A stretch of 64,000 bases of DNA, taken from Gordius albopunctatus. Lineage: Eukaryota. The DNA lies in assembly GCA_964276515.1 (NCBI GenBank), contig OZ193909.1:20460001-20524000 (forward strand). Direction: 5' to 3'. Every line of letters starts with the position of its first letter. The stretch's first letter is position 1. The notes under the pieces were generated by a model. It was not told the DNA's origin, did no database searches, and saw only the letters and a list, made by a program, of their open reading frames with translations. The position numbers were made by a program, and so were the translations under genes. Positions 25,248 to 39,325 of this stretch are shown here, in pieces.

Positions 25248-28200
25248 TTACAATTCTTCTTTAATTTCTTTGCCTTTCCCACTCCTCATTTGTTCTTCCA
25301 AAAATTGCGTAAATGCCTCCAAAGTCCTATGCAAAATTTAATTTTATTATCAAAATTATTTATAAATTTCATCAAAAAACTTAAAATGGACACGACTAGT
25401 GTTATAAGCAGACCACAGGGTTTTCGGTCCCTTTTTCTTGGTCGACTTTTAGGCTTAGTCGAAATTTGAAAAATAGACCGGAAGTGAGCGTTGAACTTAG
25501 TAAAACTAAGAGTCGATTCAACAAAAGCCACCCGCTTTTACAACACTAGACATCGTGAGATTAATATCATCGAGTCGCCACTTTCAAACGGCGCATAAAA
25601 GCCGTAATTTTCGAAGATATCGGAAATGATCAATAATCAAGCAATGGGTAAAAGTGATTGATCCACTTACCGATTGCCGTGGAAGGGGACGGGATTGCTT
25701 TTATCACCTCTCGGAAAGAAATAAATGCTCGGAAAACCGCCAATCTCTAGGGTTACATCATTGGCAGTCGCATCCATTTTAGCTACGATCAGGTCGGAAG
25801 CGATGTTTTGCATCTTCTTCGCTAAAACCACGCCCCCCCCCAAAACAAATATGCGATAAGGTCAATTTGCATGGGGGTACCCAGGGACCCCCTTTAAATC
25901 CAAAAAGTTGTTAAATTTATTAAAGTTATGAGGACTCAAATTTCAAAAAATGTTCATTTTACCCCTTTCCTAAACCATTAATTTCAATGCCATGTCTATC
26001 TGTATTTATAGTTAACGTAACTAGTATGAAAAAAGACGGGACACAAGCTGCCCCGACCTTGGACTTATTTCTATATCCGTTCAAGTGTTGTTGCTTTAAG
26101 TAGCTCCTTCTTGAGGAAAAAAATTTCCAACGCTCTTTCCTAAGTACAGTGCAATCATTGGATTCAAGATTTTTCGCAGGCTAAAAATACCAACAGGATT
26201 AACTTAAGTAAGGGATGTAAGGGGTTGAGAATAGCGAAATCTCATTTATTCCACCCGAACCCGACGCGAAAGCATTTTAAAATTTTTTAGCCAAGCCCGA
26301 TAGCATTTATTTTCAAATAAAACCTCGGATTCGGGTCGGATTTCGGGTCTCCCGTACGGGTATCTAGTAGGCAGCCATGTTTAAGACATGCATTCGGCAA
26401 GTCTAAGGCTAAATTCAAAATTTTAAGCCTTAAACTAACACCTCTTTATTCTTTCTCCCATAACCTTTGCCATTTTTCACCGCACGAGTGCGCACATTGT
26501 AAAAAATATCACTCGAGATGGCAGACAAACTTACTTAATAAAATGCAGAGTCAGCGTTTTATCAGTCTACTATGGGAAGGACCGAAGGCAGAAGGAAAGT
26601 TAAATTCGCAATTTCACATGTATACGTTATTAGATAACGAGAAATTGAAGGATTCATAACGAGACTTTAAGGCAGGCTAAATTGAAAATATGTGTAAAAT
26701 TCGCAAATTTTTTTCTTATTTTTGTCAAAAAAGCGAAAAAAGGTTTTATGACAGACTAAAGATAACTAAATGTGTCAAATTTGCAAAATATCTACTTTTT
26801 CCCCGTAAAAAAGCAAAAATTAACATACCTAGGTGAAATAAATTCGAGGGTCACAACCTGCCCCGACTTCGGTTTCATTTATTTATTTTCTGTTTTACAA
26901 AAAAGAGCTACTACCCAATTTAGTGTATATCGGCTCCAAGCTTTTGCAGTGTCCGCACCAAGGGGCGTAGTATTCGAGCAAGACGTGACGTTCGTCGTAG
27001 TTGACGATAGAATCAAATGTTTCGGCTACTACCGTAATCACCGGTCCCGGGTTTCGGGCCAGAACGGGTTGAGACCATATGACCGGGTCGAGTTTTTCTA
27101 ACAAAAACCCATCATACACGCACTAGTGTTTTGTAAAAACGGCGGTGGGTTTTGTTGGGCCCACCTTCGGTCTAACTAACGGACAACTTCGAATTTCGAC
27201 CAAGCCTGGTGCTGGACTACGCATAAATAGAGACCAAAAAACCATTTGTCTCTATTTATGTGTAGTCGACTGAAATCAAAGGTGGACCAAACAAAACCCA
27301 GAAGTTTTCACGACACTTATACAACACACACACACACACGTATGAAAAACAATGAGGAATTTATCAGAATTCGGCTATTAATAATATATCTAAAAAACGG
27401 TATTTAGTGGGAAAAAGTTGATAGCAAGCTAGCTCAGACATTACATAATTTATGAAATTTGTTAAAAATTTAATGGGAAAAAAGAGATTTTGGTGAAAAA
27501 ATTTGGAAAAAAACGACTAACTAGCTTTGAATTGCTCAATAAATGTCCTCAAATCTTCGACTTCTAGTTCGGTTGGCTCCATGCGGAATCTTTCCTTCTC
27601 CGTATAACAACCAACATTAACCTCTTCCCCGTTATCATCCAATTCTAAACGAATGAATGAAATAATATATGTAGAGCCGTGCATGGGCGTGGCGGCCGGC
27701 ATTTTTTAGTGGACTAAACATAGGCAGACCAAAGATTTCGTTGACCAGCAGGCTTAGTCGAAAGTTGAAAAAGAGACCAGAAAATGCTTAATATGATTTG
27801 GTTCAATTCGGGCCAGGCTGAGCCACTTCGGGCTGCTCTGTCAGGCCCGACCCGAGCCCAAGGCCCGGGCTCTAAATATGGCTCAATTAATGAATGTACT
27901 TAATTTTTTGAGCTCCAACTCGAAATCTTCGTCGTTGGCTATGGCGAAGGTTACGTCGGGATGATCTTTCGCCACTTCCAATATTTTAGATCTCCAATGC
28001 TGTGTGGCTGCCATTTCGAAATGTGCAATTTTAGATGTCAAATACATATAAAAAATTAATTTCAAAAGGCGAGAAGCAATTTTTAGGATTAACGCCTACT
28101 ATAATTTGGTTTATTATTAGTTATAAAAAAATAAATGTTATGTAAAGATGAAAATAAAATAAATAAAAAAGCAGTTAGGTAATATAAATTTGAAAAAGAG

Positions 28201-31200
28201 ACCACAATGGACCGCTAGTCATAGTTTAACCAAAGGTCGACCAATCAAAACACAGCTCCGTTTTTACAACACTCGTCGCATCTCAAACTTTGATGAAGCC
28301 TATGTTCGATAATGTCGAAAGGGTTCTTAATTTGCGACTTGACTCTTATTTAAAAAGGGTAGAGTAGGCTCTGTTGGGTCAAAATGCAATATATATATTA
28401 ATAACCTTTTATGTAATTATGACTCCAATCCACCGCGTAATAAGCCACGCACAAAGGCAGTGTTCTGTACAAGGTGGGTCTGTTGGCCTTTGTCATTTGA
28501 CCCACCAAGGGACGTCTCCATTTGGCCACGAATCCCTTAAATCCTTCCATCGTCAATTCTTGGTCCTTGCAAAATAACGAAGAAAATATAATCCATTTTT
28601 TTAAACACTAATAGAGGTTTATTTCCAAACCGTTGTGTATGATACACGCTAAAAAACATTAAACTAATAAGCTTTTGTATTGGATTTTACAATTTCCATC
28701 CTGATTTTCTGTTCGTGATTTTTGAGATATTTGCAATAACACATCGAAATGGAACATTTTTGCATGATTTTGGTCGTGATTATATTAAATATTAGAGCCC
28801 GTAATATAATTATGATAAGACTGTGTGAAAGTTTTCAAACTATTAATCAAGAACCTACGATGGCAGGAGGCGCGGAGAGGGGGGCACTGTTCTTACAAAA
28901 CTCTTCGTCTATACCCCGTATAAACATAGCACATTTGCTATGCAATTCAGAGGCGAAGTGATTTACAAAAGCAAAAGAAGTTTCCAAAAATTGAAAGTTG
29001 GACGGGACAATCAAAAGCGTGCTCATAAATGGGGTCTCAGAGACCCAAGCCCCCGACCCCGGTGCTTGTTGTGATTAATTTTCAATTACTTCTGGGTATA
29101 AAAAGCGCGGGCTTTCGTATTTCGACCGAAATTTCACGGGTTGATACATTGCCACGGTGCCAGATTGCGCGCGAAATTCTTCGTGCAAGGCTGGATCGAA
29201 TGTATGAAGCAGTCTGAGTTCGTCCCTCAGCTGATTACCTAATAATAATTTAAGAGTAAATTTGGCTTTCCAAAAAAATGAAATTTTGTATCAAACTTAT
29301 TTATCTCTTTACAAATCTTAAAAAAAAAAACTCGAATATAATCGGAAATTGCATGAAATTTGAAAAAATTCGTTAATTTTTAATAAGTAGCATCAAATTC
29401 GAGCCATTTCCTTACAAATTAAAATTACTAAAAGCCTGCATTTTAAGAAAAAAAGAATTTTTAAATTATGGAATTATAGAGTCGAAAAAAAGGTTGTTAA
29501 TTTCAAGATGGCCGCCATATCCCCCTTAGGCGCATATTATTTTGAAAAATATAATGTTGATTTTTATAATATTACTAATTTCCAGATAAGACAAAAACTG
29601 AGGATCATTAGCATCTAGGAAAAACCCGAGAATTGTGACATCTTCGGGATTTGAAAATTTCTTGTAATCGCTTTTCGAGGTTAGTTCTTGTGACGCGTCG
29701 CCCCGTTGCTTCAACATGTACTCAACTATACCTACAAACGCATTTCGGGGCAATATATATTTAATTTTGAAAATAAATCAAAAACTAATGAATATAAAGA
29801 GATAAAATGTTATAATTGAACGAGGGTTTAAATTAAAAGTTGGCAAGTTGAAGATTATATTATAATGTTTTTAAAAATTGGATTTTTATTTTTTGAAATT
29901 AAATTAAATTTATTGCAAATGTGTTTTACCATCTGCTTCGTTTCGGGGTCCATTGTATTCGTAACGTTTCCCTTCCCGAAAAATTATCAAGGTGGGGTAA
30001 CCCGAAACGTTGTACCGTTGCGCCAATGCGCTCTCCTGCGTAGCATCCACTTTGGCCAAAATAACGTCGGAGCGCGCCAAAATTTTGGCGGCATCCCGAT
30101 ATTTTGGCGCCAAATTTTTACAGTGTCCACACCTTTTCAGATTTTAGATATAAGCCAAACTGAAAATTCTAGGGAATACAGTTACTAAAACCCTCTAAAA
30201 CTATAATCATCTAATCTAAATCTACCATAGAATTTGGGAATAGACATTTTAAAATTAATAATATAAAAACTAAAACTTTTTATTTGTAATTTCTGGTCTA
30301 AGAGATCTCCCCCATGCATTTGGCCAAAAATTTTTGGTCTGTTTTTGTTACTAGACCTCTAGGCTTGGTCGAAATTTGGAAAAAAGACCAGAGTATTTTT
30401 TTGGTTTTGTTAAGTTGGCCGTTAGCCTTAGTTGACCCCATAGACTGCTCATGTCATTTTAATATATTAAAACATGTATCATTAAATTAACCATTTTAAA
30501 CTTAACCATTTCCCATCAGTGTAACCCATTGTTAAGACAGAAAAAGTGAATTTACTTTCGTGATTAGTTAATAAATTTTTATAAAATGCAGATGGCACTA
30601 AAGAGCTTCAACAACACATCAGCAATTTTTTAATTTTATGAATTGTGAAAATGAGATGATATAAATTTTGAAATGCCGTTTTTATGTTTTACTAATCCAA
30701 TATTTTTTTATGTAAAAACACTTTAATTAACCAAAATTACTAAAATTTATATTTCCTTCCCTTATTTGCCCATATTTCATAAGGGCAACAAATTCCAGGT
30801 AGTAATAATAAAAAGAATTTTTGATGGTTGGGGGAGGGAGGGGGGTTCTAACTTTATATTAAATCAGAATCATTAAAAAAAATAACAAAAGTAAAATAGG
30901 GCAATTTGTAAATAAAATATAGGATATTATAACAATAAAGATTAAGATAATAAATAAATATAACTCAATGAATATTTAAAAAAATATACCATGGGGCATA
31001 GAATTCAACTAACACTAAACTGTTGGCAATGGTAGCATTAAAATTGTCATCAGTTAAAGTAAGAACTGCTTCAGGCTCAGGTTGCCAATCTTTTTGAGCA
31101 ACTTCTTTCATAAAATCAACAATTGCTAAAATCATTAAGATACATTTATATAATGAAAATAAATATATTACAATCTGCATCACGATTCTTTTCATATGTG

Positions 31201-31657
31201 TACCATTTCTTATTTTTATAAAATTTAAGAGTAGGAAATCCTTGAATATCATGTTCTTTTGCTATATCTTTCTCCTCATCTCCATCTACTTTTGCTATTA
31301 GTATATTTGGGTTACCTTTGAACTTTTCAGCTATAGCTTCATACACAGGAGCAAATGATTTACAATGACCACACCTAGAAATTAAATATAAAAAATAAAG
31401 GTTGAATTACCATTTAGCATAAAATTCAACCATTGAGAGTTCATATTTCTCAATCGTTTCTGAAAAATTTGTGCTATCAAGTGTCACAACAGACGATTGT
31501 ATCTCATCTATAAAAGTTATATTATATTAATGAAACAATATATATTTTTAGATCATTTTAAAAATCAACTCAATTACCTTGAGAAGAACAAAAACTCTTA
31601 ATACAAAATACAACAAAGAAAAGCCACATGGCTTTTACAGGGGTCAACGTAATCATA
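25248..31657 (-). CDS. PDIA4: Protein disulfide-isomerase A4 (ERp72), multi-exon
   Basis: Signal-peptide exon at ~31657-31578; three thioredoxin domains with WCGHC (across introns at ~31375 and ~30132; YAPWCGHCK at ~26960); b/b' exons at ~29730, 29238, 28565, 28008 and 27645; last exon 25326-25248 ends KEIKEEL*. Confidence 0.92.
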
Positions 31658-31779
31658 CGCTTGCAAATGAATGTATGTTGAAATGCTTTTATTTTTTTTG
31701 ATTGATATATGAAATATACAATAAACGAGCATAAAATAATATTATAAATAAAAATACACCAAATTCGTCAATAGACAAC

Positions 31780-32740
31780 ACGGACCATGTGTCGGATAAA
31801 GATTTGTAATTATATTTAGCTATCAAAATGCCGATTTTTCGGCGTGAAATAAAGCTGGGTGAGTATTTAGCTTTGGGGGATATGTTTACTATCGATTTAA
31901 AAAAACTAATGCTTTTTAGCCAAAAGTAGCCGAACAGGAAGATACTATTGGAATAAAAATCTTATAATCAGCGATGACTAGGTATTTGAGTGTTATACGA
32001 TCTTTGGCACAAGAAAGTGGGTTATAATTATTAATAGTTGGCGCGAAGATATCAATGCAGGTAATGTCTCAAGCTAAGAACTTACCATCCTACCAGGGGA
32101 TCATAGAAGTTCCATCGGGACGCATTTTATCTTCTAAAGAAGGATCGAATGGTTCAAGGATGGAAGGAGTGCCGGCCTTTTTTAAAGCCGATTAGAAAGG
32201 TTTATCTTTTGATGTCGGATAAAGCAATATTTGTTTAACTTGCAATGGAGTGGGTGATGAGCCCAGATATCTATTTACTTATTGCAATTTTTGCAGGGAT
32301 ATCCTATGGTAACTTTAATACATAGGCGGAGAGCTATTGCATACGAAACTTCTGGATTTGAAAGCAAAAGTTCCGAGTGTTTACATGGGATACATTCAAG
32401 CCATTCGTGACCAGAGTCGGCCGTAAGTGACCTGAGATTAAAATGATGCACAGTATCACAACTCGAAAGTAGGTAAGCGACGGAGCGAGATACTATACTG
32501 GTATCCCAATCTCGTTGTTTGGCCGACTCTGGAAGTCTGGTTCCTGATATGACGTTCTCATGCCAAGACAATATGGCCAATTCCGTTAAAAAATTATTTG
32601 ATTGAGAGGTTAATTCAAAAACAAGATCCTTCACAGATTTAAAGGACGAGAGAAAAGCCACAAGGGAAATAGTGAGTGGGGACCTAATTCCTAAGCCTCC
32701 AAATTTGGTTGGAAGGGTGGCCTGCAGCCAGCTGGTATTA
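31780..32740 (-). mobile_element. Degenerate CRE/NeSL-type non-LTR element with a restriction-like endonuclease
   Basis: QATLPTKFGGLGI, KQRDWD, HEWLECIP..AIALRL and a broken EP..RPDG..IPW..G..L..DITCID motif; a related + strand scrap lies at ~13640-13830. Confidence 0.65.
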
Positions 32741-32989
32741 TCAAAAGGTAGTATTATGTTTCAATTTAATTATATTTTCGCGATAACTATATTCCGCGAA
32801 TATTTATTAGTTCCAATCTTTCTGCTCTACATCTCTTTTGATTTATTTACACGCGAAAAAAAATCAATGAATGATAATATCGAGCGATCGGGTATATATT
32901 ATTAATTATCGCTTAATCACGGTTATGCCATAATATCTCTAAACGTGATGGTATAATGATAATCAATAGTGAAGATAACATTTTTTACC

Positions 32990-33498
32990 ATATAAATATA
33001 TAATGCATTAAATTGTTATTACTCGTAACTAATAACTAGGATGAGTTTGAATTAAATTTTTATTTTCACTAACTACAATTTATTCATCTAATAATTTAAA
33101 ACTGGAAATTTTACTTTATAAAATATTTTTTATGTAATAGTCCCAAATAAAAAATTATTTAAAATATTTCCTAATTTTTTTTATAAAGTAATAGCTACCA
33201 TAAAGATATTTAAATACTAAAATAAGATTTTCAATTGAGGTCAAAATATTATTAACAGGGGAAAAAAGCTGAAGCTTGTAATCTATATTATGTATGGTGT
33301 ACGAGATAATTAATTAATATCGAGTTGAGTTTGTTTAAATCATATTTTATAAAAGATTAATTTGCTTTAGTCATATTGGGCCGAGGTCGGGGGCCCGACC
33401 CGAGCCCCGATTGTTTTATTAAATTCTCCCCGAGCGCGGCCCGAAGTTCGATCGGGTCAGACTCAGGCCGGGCTTCGGGTGGCCCGTGCAGGGCTCTA
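32990..33498. mobile_element. hAT-like MITE, an inverted relative of 47792-48380
   Basis: Ends GGCCCGTGCAGGGCTCTA; shared internal blocks. Confidence 0.65.
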
Positions 33499-34329
33499 AG
33501 GCCCAGCCCATAAAAAATCGAAAATTTAGTGGACATTCATTGTTATTTTGCCTATATATTTATTAAAATATCTTTAAAAGATTGTTTACTATATTATTCC
33601 ACATCTTGATCCATAAAAAATATTATTAGGATAATTCCTTCAAAAATAACGCCAAATGTTGTGACATATTAAATATTTTATTTGTTTGTTAAAAATAAGG
33701 TTATACTTTTTTTTAATCTCCTATTTTTTTATATTAAAAATTGGGAAAAATTAAATGAATGCCAAGCGTCAAAGAACATTGTGTAGTTGTTAGATATCCA
33801 CATGTCCCTAGTTGCGCGAACACACTCCTCTCCAAATAGAATTTATGCTTTTTAAAATTTGCAAAAGTCACTTAAGATCCGACAAATCACTAAAATAATC
33901 AATTTTTATAGTTTTGACTTGCATTAAAAATATCTATAGCTGTTATTTATTAGTTTTAATAAAAAGCTACTTTAATAAGTTATGTAAAGGAGTATTCATC
34001 ATCAGTGACATAGCCAGCTATGCCCACTTTTAAGAATATAAAATATTTATGTTTTGACCCCCCCCCTAAATCTAAATCCGACCATGGGTCAAATGCAATT
34101 AAACAAATTTTCCCTCATAAACGTTGGACAAATTCAAAATTCCGCTTCTATTTTGTGTATTTGCCCCATTAACATCACATTAATATGTCCTCTCACGTTT
34201 ATAGCCGGCATAAAATAAATAAAATGTATTCATAAATAAAACAAAGTGATGTAGTTGAAACAAGATAGAAAATTTCACATGGTATAATAAGTTTTGTATA
34301 AATGAATTGTAAGGGTAGTCGTTGATATT

Positions 34330-34957
34330 TTAAATAATAATGCAAATAGTTTTAAAAAAAAACTATACAACAAAGTTTTTATAGAAAAATTTTATTGCCA
34401 CATTGATTTTAACAAAATATTATTTTGAAAGTTGTCATCTAAATGACATGTTCGCTTGTCTCCAAATAAAATTTTGCCCAAGCTAAATAATCTTTCCACA
34501 GGGGCACTTGATGGTAATGGCATATTATATTTAATAAATATTTTTTAATGGGCAAAACTGTCTAAAAGACTTAAATTCCGGTTATTAGAAAGCAAAGAAC
34601 GTTCAATTGATTCATTCTTCTCATCATTTTTTAATTCAAAAAATCCATTTCTTATAAACTAGGTCCTGCCTGTTGAGATTTAGGAAAAAACAAATTGATA
34701 TCCTCTAAAATATTTGCTTTTATTTTATATAAATTTCCATAAGTCGGAAAATTTATTTAACAAACACTACCGTGAATAAAATACTAAATAATATTTAAAT
34801 TATAAATTAATTTTAAAAATTTTAATGTAATTTGAAATTGGCAAAAGGAACTTAAAAGTAACTTGTAAGTAGTTCCTTTTGCGATAAATTGAGAAAAAGA
34901 GGAACTAGTTCCAGTTCCTCATTTTAAAAAGGAACTAGTTCCTTTAACAGCTCTATC
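34330..34957 (-). mobile_element. Deleted hAT transposon with a relic of the transposase dimerisation domain
   Basis: The minus strand encodes LPSSAPVERLFSLG near 34480-34520; a TAGAGCTGTTAAAGGAACTAGTTCC end lies at ~34956. Confidence 0.65.
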
Positions 34958-36010
34958 CCTTGATATTATAAATTAAAATGAACTAATAATAACCAATTGT
35001 TCAAATAAATATTAATTTATTTATATAAAATAATATAATTTTAAATTTTGAAAAGCATACATTATAAATAAATGAAAGCACTATCACTAAGTAAATACCT
35101 TTCAGGACTGCATTTTTTCACCTAATAATATTATATTTATATACACCTAATAATCAATTTTTTAAATAGCTATTTGATTTAATCTATTGCTTGGAGCTAA
35201 GGACTTTAAAAACATGTCAAACTTTAATTTTAATAAAAGTAAAGTGGAAATTAATATTAATTTTGAAATTATGTAATTATGTCAACTCAACAATTTGATA
35301 CAATTTTCACCCTTTATTGTCTTATACAGCATCTTTATTTTTATTTGTAATATTATAATTAAAACTTTTATTCAGAAACAATAATAATAACCTTTATATT
35401 GTTTCTTAATTAAGATTAAAAAAATATTGGCGGAAGGGGCCCGGGGCCCAAGATTTTTCCCTTGGGGGGGGGGGGGCAGCTACGCCCCTGTTATCCTATG
35501 CTAAAAAATAAAATATCAACAAATTGTTTAAAACTAATATAACACGAAATGGAAATGAATGAATGTGACAGGAAAAATGTTCCTAAATAAATGATTGAAC
35601 AAATAATAAATATATATACACCCTTTACATTTTCATATACGAATTAAGCCCATCTAATAATATTTTATTATCCAATTTCTTTTGTTCTATACACTAAAAA
35701 TCGATATTAAAAAAATCTCAAAAAGGCAGTTTGTTCACATTTAGTTTGAATTTCAGATCCGTTTATATAATTTTAAGTCCTTCCGAAACTTGTTTCACCC
35801 TCTGGAACCAGATTTTAATTTCAAAGCGCGTGAGTACCCGCTCGGGGGAAAGGTTTAGGTAAGTCCGCAGACCGGATTCCCCCGTGCAGACATGCCTCTT
35901 GAATCCCAATCAGGTGCCCGTTCCTATTCTAGCCAAGCGCAAAGGCAGGAGGCGCTGCTGAATGAGATGGATAGAGCAGAGGGAAATGCTAATAAACTTC
36001 ACATATGTAG

Positions 36011-36437
36011 TAACTAAGTTTTTGTTATAATATTGAAATATTTCGTTTATCAAGTAAATGTTTATTTCGTCAGTAAAATTACTAATATACAAGTTTCTAT
36101 ACACTATTTAAGGGCTAATATTAACTAAGTTTTTGTTATAATATTGAAATATTTCGTTTATCAAGTAAATGTTCATTTCGTCAGTAAAATTACTAATATA
36201 CAAGTTTCTATACACTATTTAAGGGCTAATATTAACTAAGTTTTTGTTATAATATTGAAATATTTTGTTTATCAAGTAAATGTTTATTTCATCAGTAAAA
36301 TTGCTAATATACAAGTTTCTATACACTATTTAAGGGTTACTATTAACTTTATATTGAAATATTTTGTTTATCAAGTAAATGTTCATTTCGTCAGTAAAAT
36401 TACTAATATACAAGTTTCTATACACTATTTAAGGGTT
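36011..36437. repeat. 111-bp tandem repeat, about 4 units
   Basis: Units start at 36011, 36122 and 36233; the fourth unit is slightly deleted. Confidence 0.93.
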
Positions 36438-36883
36438 ATGGGTGAGCGGAAAAACTTGGACTAGAAATAAATTCATATAATATCCTGTATGCTGTAAAAC
36501 GATACAATTTGTATTATATCAAAATTTTTAATATTTCGAATCAACTAATTATCGCCACTTGAGCCAACGGCTGTAAACTAGAGTAGCTTAATAGTTTTCA
36601 TAATTAGTAAGAACCTAAATATAAAAATATTTTATAGTTTTAATCTCGTTTAGCCATAATGGCTATTCAAAACAATGAATTTTAAAAACAAAGTGTCTAC
36701 AATTTAAATAACAAATATGACTCCTGCTCAACAAATCTTTATAATAACAGCGTTACTCACACCTAAGATGAGGGATTACATTTTATCAAATGACACACGC
36801 AAATTTATTTGTAGCGAATTAACAACAATTATAATGTTGACCAATAGATGTCATTCAATTTATAAAAGATCAAAAAAGCTAGA

Positions 36884-39325
36884 TCAATCGATCCTTTCAT
36901 AAAAATAGAGGTAAGCCAAATTTAGGGGAGGATTTTCCGATAGCGCCACGCGTTCATCGTTGTATATGACCCATTTACCATCTTTAAGTACGTGGGCCAC
37001 GTAATGACCGGAAGTCAGGGTGTTACCCATATGACTAACACATCCTACCAATTTGTACACCGGGGCGCCGGTGTCAAGATTGCTAACATTTGAGCCACCC
37101 GTCAGGCCTTGTAAAACTCCATTCGAATTCAGATTAGCCTCAAGGAGTGGATTACCGCTATTCACGGTTTGACTGGGATTGTCAGCCAAGAACAGCTGTT
37201 CTTGACGACTAAACAACCAATCAACGGCTCGCTCTACGTTATTAGACGTAGCTCGTAAAGCTTGTATTGCCTGTTCTCTGGAAAACCCCATGTCCAAAAT
37301 GGCGGCACAATGTTCTTCGCTAACGATAATTTCCGGTTTATCAGCTGTCACATGAGGATCCTCCATAAGGTCATCGTCCAAATGGCGAAGTATCCAGTTG
37401 GATGCCTCTTCCACGGATGCGTTTCCCGTCTTTGCCAGCCCGCGCTCGCATTGGAGATCGGTAAAGCCCATATCCTTTAACTGGAGCAGGAATTGGGGGT
37501 TGGGAGTAAATTGTTGACCTTGTGGAAACAACTCGCTCTCATCTCCCATTAACTGCTCGTCCGACTGAGGCCCACGAGCTACGTATTGTGCCAAATCCAA
37601 GATGGAAGGCACGTCTGTAATCATGGCATCCAGCTTGCTGGGTAACCATTGATCGACGCAATCTTCTAGGACATACCTCTTTACGTGAAACAGAAGATAT
37701 TTGGGAAATGTGGACAATCGATTGGTCTTGACCACTTGCGTATCGTAGCCAATCGTCAAATCACCGCAACATTTTATGGTTTCCGGCACGAAATGGTGCT
37801 TCAAAACGTCGTTAAAAGGAATCCTGGCAAACACCTTATCATCTCCGCCACCCTTTTGTTTACCCTTTTCGGCCACATACTTCTCGTATTCTTCTCTGTT
37901 GGTCGCTTTATCGAGCGGCAGGGTTAGGGAAATGTGATTTTCCACCTTTTTGGTGTACTTGCATCTATTGGTTGACAGGCATTGCCACCTCTCTTCGATG
38001 CACATGTCAAAAAATTTGGACGGTGGAGCTTTGTTGTAATTATTCACTTCCATTTGATTCATGAAATGCATAAAAAATTCGTGAGCATCTTGTTGGTGAT
38101 TGTTCCTAAATTCGGCGTAACATTTCTTAATCATCAAATTAAAAAGTTTTGCTTCAATGCCATTATGACTTGTGCTATCATCTGATGTTGGTGGAATGGA
38201 ATATTTACCACTTAGAAGACCGTAGGAAATTTTACAAGTTTGGAAGTTGTAATTATCCATGGGATTTTTTAAATTATTCAACATTTTTTGGGTACAATCA
38301 TCATAAAAATATTGCTGAAATGCGGGTAAAGAAAATACAACTTGTACTATGGATGAAATGTAACAAGTATTGCCCAAATTATGTAACCCAGTGTACCCCT
38401 TCCCATAGATTGGAGTTAATTTTTGGGATGTTTCTTGTATAGCAGCCCATTCTTTATAATTTTTGTTCATTTCAATTTCAAGTTCTGAAATTGTTTTATC
38501 AGTTTTTTCCAAATTTTCAACATTAATTCCAAAATGCAACAAGTGTTGAGCAAGATTAGGATCTTCAACCATGTCATTTTCATCATATGAATATACATCT
38601 GCTCCTCCATGTTTAGTTATTGTTCCAATTTTAACAGCAAGAGGATATTTCAAAGCATCATAATGTTCTAGAGCATGATTATTACCACCTGTGCCATCAA
38701 AATTTTTCCTTCCACATAAAATTGTACCATCTGTTAAGTTTAGCCATAAATTTTCTTTAATATTACACTTTTGACAGCTGGCATTTAGTAAATTTACCTT
38801 AGGTGGATTAGGCAATTGCATGAGATTATCGTTTTTAGTAATAGGCCGTGTCTCACCATCCCAAGCAAATTTTTTAATTTCCAAATCCAATTGCTTTATA
38901 ACTGATTCACATTTAATTATGCTATTAATGGAATTCATGATAAATTGTGGAATATTAGAGTTATGAATAGATATTGTGTTAAAATCAGGCAGTATTATTA
39001 ATTTGTAGTGTTCCAAATACTTGCTTTTTTTATCAACCTGAAAACCCCCATCAACTCCAATAGCCATTTTTTGTACTTTTTCTTTTGGTTCTTCCTCCTC
39101 ATTTAACTTTTCTTGCAGAATATTAAGGTAGATTGATCTGCCTGTAGTCTTGTAATAATCAAGCATATGAAGTTTGTCAAATCCATAAAAAGTCTCCAGA
39201 CAAACGTATAAACCATCATTCATATCAGGCGTATCAAAGCACATCAAGCACTCATCCTTAAAAACACATGATTTTTCAATATCAGCTATCTTAACAATGT
39301 TTTCATATTTGAGAAAATCACACAT
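36884..39325 (-). CDS. USP5: Ubiquitin carboxyl-terminal hydrolase 5/13 (isopeptidase T), single exon, 813 aa
   Basis: ZnF-UBP (NLWLNLTDG.ILCGR..GGNNHA), Cys box GLHNLGNTCY, QQDAHEF, two UBA domains (DMGF), His box HMG..SGHYVAH. Confidence 0.95.
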   Translation of the reverse strand: MCDFLKYENIVKIADIEKSCVFKDECLMCFDTPDMNDGLYVCLETFYGFDKLHMLDYYKTTGRSIYLNILQEKLNEEEEPKEKVQKMAIGVDGGFQVDKKSKYLEHYKLIILPDFNTISIHNSNIPQFIMNSINSIIKCESVIKQLDLEIKKFAWDGETRPITKNDNLMQLPNPPKVNLLNASCQKCNIKENLWLNLTDGTILCGRKNFDGTGGNNHALEHYDALKYPLAVKIGTITKHGGADVYSYDENDMVEDPNLAQHLLHFGINVENLEKTDKTISELEIEMNKNYKEWAAIQETSQKLTPIYGKGYTGLHNLGNTCYISSIVQVVFSLPAFQQYFYDDCTQKMLNNLKNPMDNYNFQTCKISYGLLSGKYSIPPTSDDSTSHNGIEAKLFNLMIKKCYAEFRNNHQQDAHEFFMHFMNQMEVNNYNKAPPSKFFDMCIEERWQCLSTNRCKYTKKVENHISLTLPLDKATNREEYEKYVAEKGKQKGGGDDKVFARIPFNDVLKHHFVPETIKCCGDLTIGYDTQVVKTNRLSTFPKYLLFHVKRYVLEDCVDQWLPSKLDAMITDVPSILDLAQYVARGPQSDEQLMGDESELFPQGQQFTPNPQFLLQLKDMGFTDLQCERGLAKTGNASVEEASNWILRHLDDDLMEDPHVTADKPEIIVSEEHCAAILDMGFSREQAIQALRATSNNVERAVDWLFSRQEQLFLADNPSQTVNSGNPLLEANLNSNGVLQGLTGGSNVSNLDTGAPVYKLVGCVSHMGNTLTSGHYVAHVLKDGKWVIYNDERVALSENPPLNLAYLYFYERID

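Noticed and set aside
35780..35990. RNase P/MRP or 7SL RNA
   Set aside because: I could not find the paired P4 consensus halves or SRP motifs by eye.
36011..36437. Regular repeats suggesting a CRISPR array
   Set aside because: The units are contiguous 111-bp tandem copies with no unique spacers, and the context is eukaryotic with no cas genes.
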